64,000 bases of DNA from an uncultured cyanobacterium (GTDB lineage: Bacteria; Cyanobacteriota; Cyanobacteriia; PCC-6307; Cyanobiaceae): NCBI GenBank assembly GCA_963697335.1, contig CAVONQ010000010.1, forward strand, positions 64,001 to 128,000. Direction: 5' to 3'. A program made the translations under genes and the position numbers. Numbering within the stretch: the stretch's first letter is position 1; each line of letters starts with the position of its first letter. Positions 61,214-64,000 of the stretch are shown in pieces. Under the pieces are notes generated by a model that saw nothing but the letters and a program-made list of their open reading frames with translations, searched no databases and was not told where the DNA came from.

Positions 61214-63490
61214 CTAGAGGCTGAGCGGATCGGGATCGATCGCCAGGGCGACGACGGCCGGCAGGGCGCGGCGCAGTTCCGCTTCGCTCGGCAGGGGCAG
61301 GGGGGCGCCGGCAGGGCCGTGCAGCAGCAGTTGCCAGCGGCTGCGCCCAGCCACCCGGGCCACCGGCGCCGGGGCCGGCCCGATCAGCCACCAGCCACTG
61401 GCCTCGAGGGCCGGCCTCAGCAGCTCGGCGATCGAAGCGGCCGCCGTGGCGGTGCCGCTGGCACTGGGGCCGCTGAAGCGCAGCAGGCAGGCGCGGCTGA
61501 AGGGCACCTGGGCGCCGCTGCGGCGCAGGGCCAGCTCGCTGGCCAGGAAGCGGTCGTAGCGGCCATCCACCAGGTGGGCGATCACCGGGTGTTCGGGGCT
61601 GTAGGTCTGCACCAGCACTTCCCCGGGCAGCTCGCCCCGGCCAGCCCGGCCCGCCAGCTGCAGCAGCAGCTGCAGGCAGTGCTCGGAGGAGCGCAGATCG
61701 GGCCGGTGCAGCAGGCTGTCGGCCGCCAGCACGGCCGCCAGGGTCACCCGGGGCAGGTCCATCCCCTTGGCCAGCATCTGGGTGCCCACCAACACGTCGG
61801 CCTCTCCCGCGGCGAACCGGGCCAGCAGCTGGCCGTGGCCATCGCGGCCGCGGGTGGTGTCGCGATCGAAGCGCAGCACCCGCAGGCCCTCCAGCTCCTG
61901 AGCCAGCCGCTCCAGCACCCTCTGGGTGCCGGCGCCGAAGGGTTTGAAGGCCGTGGAGCCGCAGTGGCCGCAGCGGTGGCCCATGGCGGCCCGATGGTCG
62001 CACCAGTGGCAGCGCAGCCACTCCTGGCCACCGCTGCCGCGGTGCACCGTCATCGGCACGTCGCAGTGGGGGCAGAGCACCGCCTCGCCGCAGCTGCGGC
62101 AGCTCAGGAAGGTGTGGTAGCCGCGGCGGGGCACCAGCACCACGGCCTGTTCCCCCCTGGCCTGCACCCCCTGAAGCCGCTGCAGCAGGGCCCGGCTGAG
62201 CAGGCTGCGGTGCCCCTCGGCCAGCTCATGGCGCATGTCCACCAGCCGCACCGGCGGCAGGGGGCGGCCGCCGATGCGCTCCGGCAGCCGCAACAGCTGC
62301 ACCGGCTCGGGCACCTCGGCTTCTGCTGCCCCTGCCTGGCAGGCCAGCCAGGTTTCCAGGGCGGGGGTGGCACTGCCCAGCAGCAGGCGTCCGCCGCCTT
62401 GCCGCACCCTGATCCGGGCCACGTCGCGGGCGTGGTAGCAGGGCATCGGACTCTCCTGCTTGTAGGAGCTGTCGTGCTCCTCATCCAGCACGATCAGGTC
62501 GAGCCGGGCCAGGGGCAGAAACACGGCGGAGCGGGTGCCCACCGCCAGCAGGTGGTGACCTTCCAGGCAGCGTCGCCAGGCGGCCACCCGGGCGCCGTCG
62601 CTGAGGCCGCTGTGATACTCCACGACGGCAGCGCCGAAGCGCCGGCGGCAGCGCTCCAGCAGCTGGGGAATCAGGCCGATCTCCGGGGTGAGCACCAGGG
62701 CGCTGCGCCCCCGGGCCAGGGCCGCGGCGGCGGCCTGCAGGTACACCTCGGTCTTGCCGGAACCGGTGACGCCCCAGAGCAGCAGGCTCTGCCCCGGCTG
62801 GGCTGCCAGAATTGCTTCGAGGGCTTTGGCCTGGGCTGGGGTGAGTGGCTGGGGCGGTTCGAGCCCCACGCTCCGGGGCTCTGGATCAGCCCCCGCCCCG
62901 CGCCCCTCGAGTGCGGCCTGGGGAAAGGCCTCGGCCGGCAGGGAGAGCCGCTCCACCAGCCCCCGCTGTTCCAGGGCCTGGGCCACGCCCCGGCTGAAGC
63001 CACCGGGCCGGCACAGCTGCCGCAGCGGCAGGGGGCCGGCGGCGGCGGCGAGCTGGTTCAGCAGGTCCTGCTGGCGGGCACTGAGGCGTTCGTGGGGTTC
63101 GGGTTGGCGGGCCGCCCGCAGGGCCAGCAGCGGCTGGCGGTTGGCTCCAGCCCGACGGCTGCGCTGGCCCAGCCAACCCGGCGGCAGGGCGCTCTTGAGG
63201 GTGCGGAAGCTGCTGGTGTGGCACTGCCGGGCCACCGCCGTGATCAGGGCGCGCCAGTGCTCGTCCACGGCGGCGCTCTGCAGCACGGTCTCGACGGGCT
63301 GGAGGGCCTTGCCAACGAGGGCTGCCGGCAAGGCCTCGAGCAGTTCCACCACCAGCCCGCTGTGGGGTCGTCCCTGCAGCCGGACCCGCACCAGATCGCC
63401 CAGCTCCACGGCCAGCTCCGGCGGCCGGGTGTAGGTGAACACCTGCCCCTCGCGGCCGGCCTCCAGCCAGATCTGGAGCCATTGGCTCAA
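61214..63490 (-). CDS. priA: Primosomal protein N'
   Basis: GVTGSGKTEVY, DEEHD, SATP, CxxC zinc cluster, QLAGRAGRG, IDPDP. Confidence 0.97.
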   Translation of the reverse strand: MSQWLQIWLEAGREGQVFTYTRPPELAVELGDLVRVRLQGRPHSGLVVELLEALPAALVGKALQPVETVLQSAAVDEHWRALITAVARQCHTSSFRTLKSALPPGWLGQRSRRAGANRQPLLALRAARQPEPHERLSARQQDLLNQLAAAAGPLPLRQLCRPGGFSRGVAQALEQRGLVERLSLPAEAFPQAALEGRGAGADPEPRSVGLEPPQPLTPAQAKALEAILAAQPGQSLLLWGVTGSGKTEVYLQAAAAALARGRSALVLTPEIGLIPQLLERCRRRFGAAVVEYHSGLSDGARVAAWRRCLEGHHLLAVGTRSAVFLPLARLDLIVLDEEHDSSYKQESPMPCYHARDVARIRVRQGGGRLLLGSATPALETWLACQAGAAEAEVPEPVQLLRLPERIGGRPLPPVRLVDMRHELAEGHRSLLSRALLQRLQGVQARGEQAVVLVPRRGYHTFLSCRSCGEAVLCPHCDVPMTVHRGSGGQEWLRCHWCDHRAAMGHRCGHCGSTAFKPFGAGTQRVLERLAQELEGLRVLRFDRDTTRGRDGHGQLLARFAAGEADVLVGTQMLAKGMDLPRVTLAAVLAADSLLHRPDLRSSEHCLQLLLQLAGRAGRGELPGEVLVQTYSPEHPVIAHLVDGRYDRFLASELALRRSGAQVPFSRACLLRFSGPSASGTATAAASIAELLRPALEASGWWLIGPAPAPVARVAGRSRWQLLLHGPAGAPLPLPSEAELRRALPAVVALAIDPDPLSL

Positions 63491-63495
63491 CGAAC

Positions 63496-63524
63496 TTGCA
63501 CATCGCTGGCGCTATTCATAGGAT
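63496..63524 (+). promoter_or_regulatory. Near-consensus sigma70 promoter divergent from priA
   Basis: TTGCAC (63496-63501), 17-bp spacer, TAGGAT (63519-63524). Confidence 0.6.
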
Positions 63525-63976
63525 GGTGGTGTTGGGCAGCTGCAGGCTGCCGTCGGAACCCGACAGAGTTCCGTCCAGCGGGAAGACACGTACAGAGAGC
63601 CTGGGAGTTTGCCTCCACAGCGCCCTCACGGTCTGCGACCACCCCTGACAACCCTGTCCTCGGCTCCGGCCCCGTTCCCATTGCTGCTGCAGTCCGCCAC
63701 CCGCTCCCGGGCTGCCTGTCGATTTGTTGAAGCGTCCTGTCTCCTCCATAGCGCGGTAACGGCACCCGCTCCATCGGCCTTAAGGCAGAGGTGTGTTTCG
63801 CCTGGCGAATCAGATCCTGCCGCGCCGCCAGTTGGAACGCCATGGGCCCCGGGATCCCTCCGGCTCCCTTTGACGCCTCGGCCCCTGGCCGACCGTTATC
63901 CCCTCCCGCCGCGGGGCCTTTCTCCCGGTGTGACCCGCAACCTCTCCCCCTTCCCCGTCCTGTCTCCCCTCCCTCG

Positions 63977-64000
63977 ATGAGTACTGCACTCCCCAAAGCC
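63977..64000 (+). CDS. Possible 5' end of next gene, perhaps the principal sigma factor RpoD/SigA
   Basis: ATG giving MSTALPKA at the window edge; identity inferred only from remembered priA/rpoD synteny in picocyanobacteria. Confidence 0.35.

Overview
GC-rich, gene-dense chromosomal segment from an alpha-cyanobacterium, most likely a Cyanobium or freshwater Synechococcus (cluster 5 type). The assignment rests on form IA RuBisCO in a cso carboxysome operon, ado/aar, psaM, psb27, por and a CAB-tailed ferrochelatase. Most of the window is core genome: csoS2(5' end)-cbbS-cbbL-csoS1, rdgB, csoS1D, por, psaM, crr6, trpF, folE, accA-aar-ado, an S1-domain gene, tab2, pgeF, ilvB, hemH, an orphan tyrosine recombinase, cobO, pyrH, frr, tal, ftsI, lepB, ppa, proS, psb27, purA, cobK, ssb, argB and priA. 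The window ends in a long leader upstream of what is probably rpoD. One block (about 20.1-29.1 kb) looks more accessory. It carries a divergent cryptochrome/photolyase-family gene, cyAbrB, an FAD oxidoreductase, an unannotated CxxC micro-ORF, an MBL hydrolase, mscS and ppsA. I saw no tRNA, rRNA, CRISPR array, IS element or prophage, and no clear multi-gene novel system. The strongest leads are four. (1) A C7 run at 48955-48961 where adding one base would restore the stop codons of two convergent genes at once. (2) A photolyase-family protein with a plant-cryptochrome-like Asp at the FAD N5 position and altered DNA-lesion-binding residues. (3) chlL/chlB/chlN are missing from their usual place next to por. 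(4) Structured or repeated non-coding elements around the cso operon, between ado and aar, and in several divergent promoters. All product calls come from recognising motifs by eye; no searches were run, and many start codons are best guesses.
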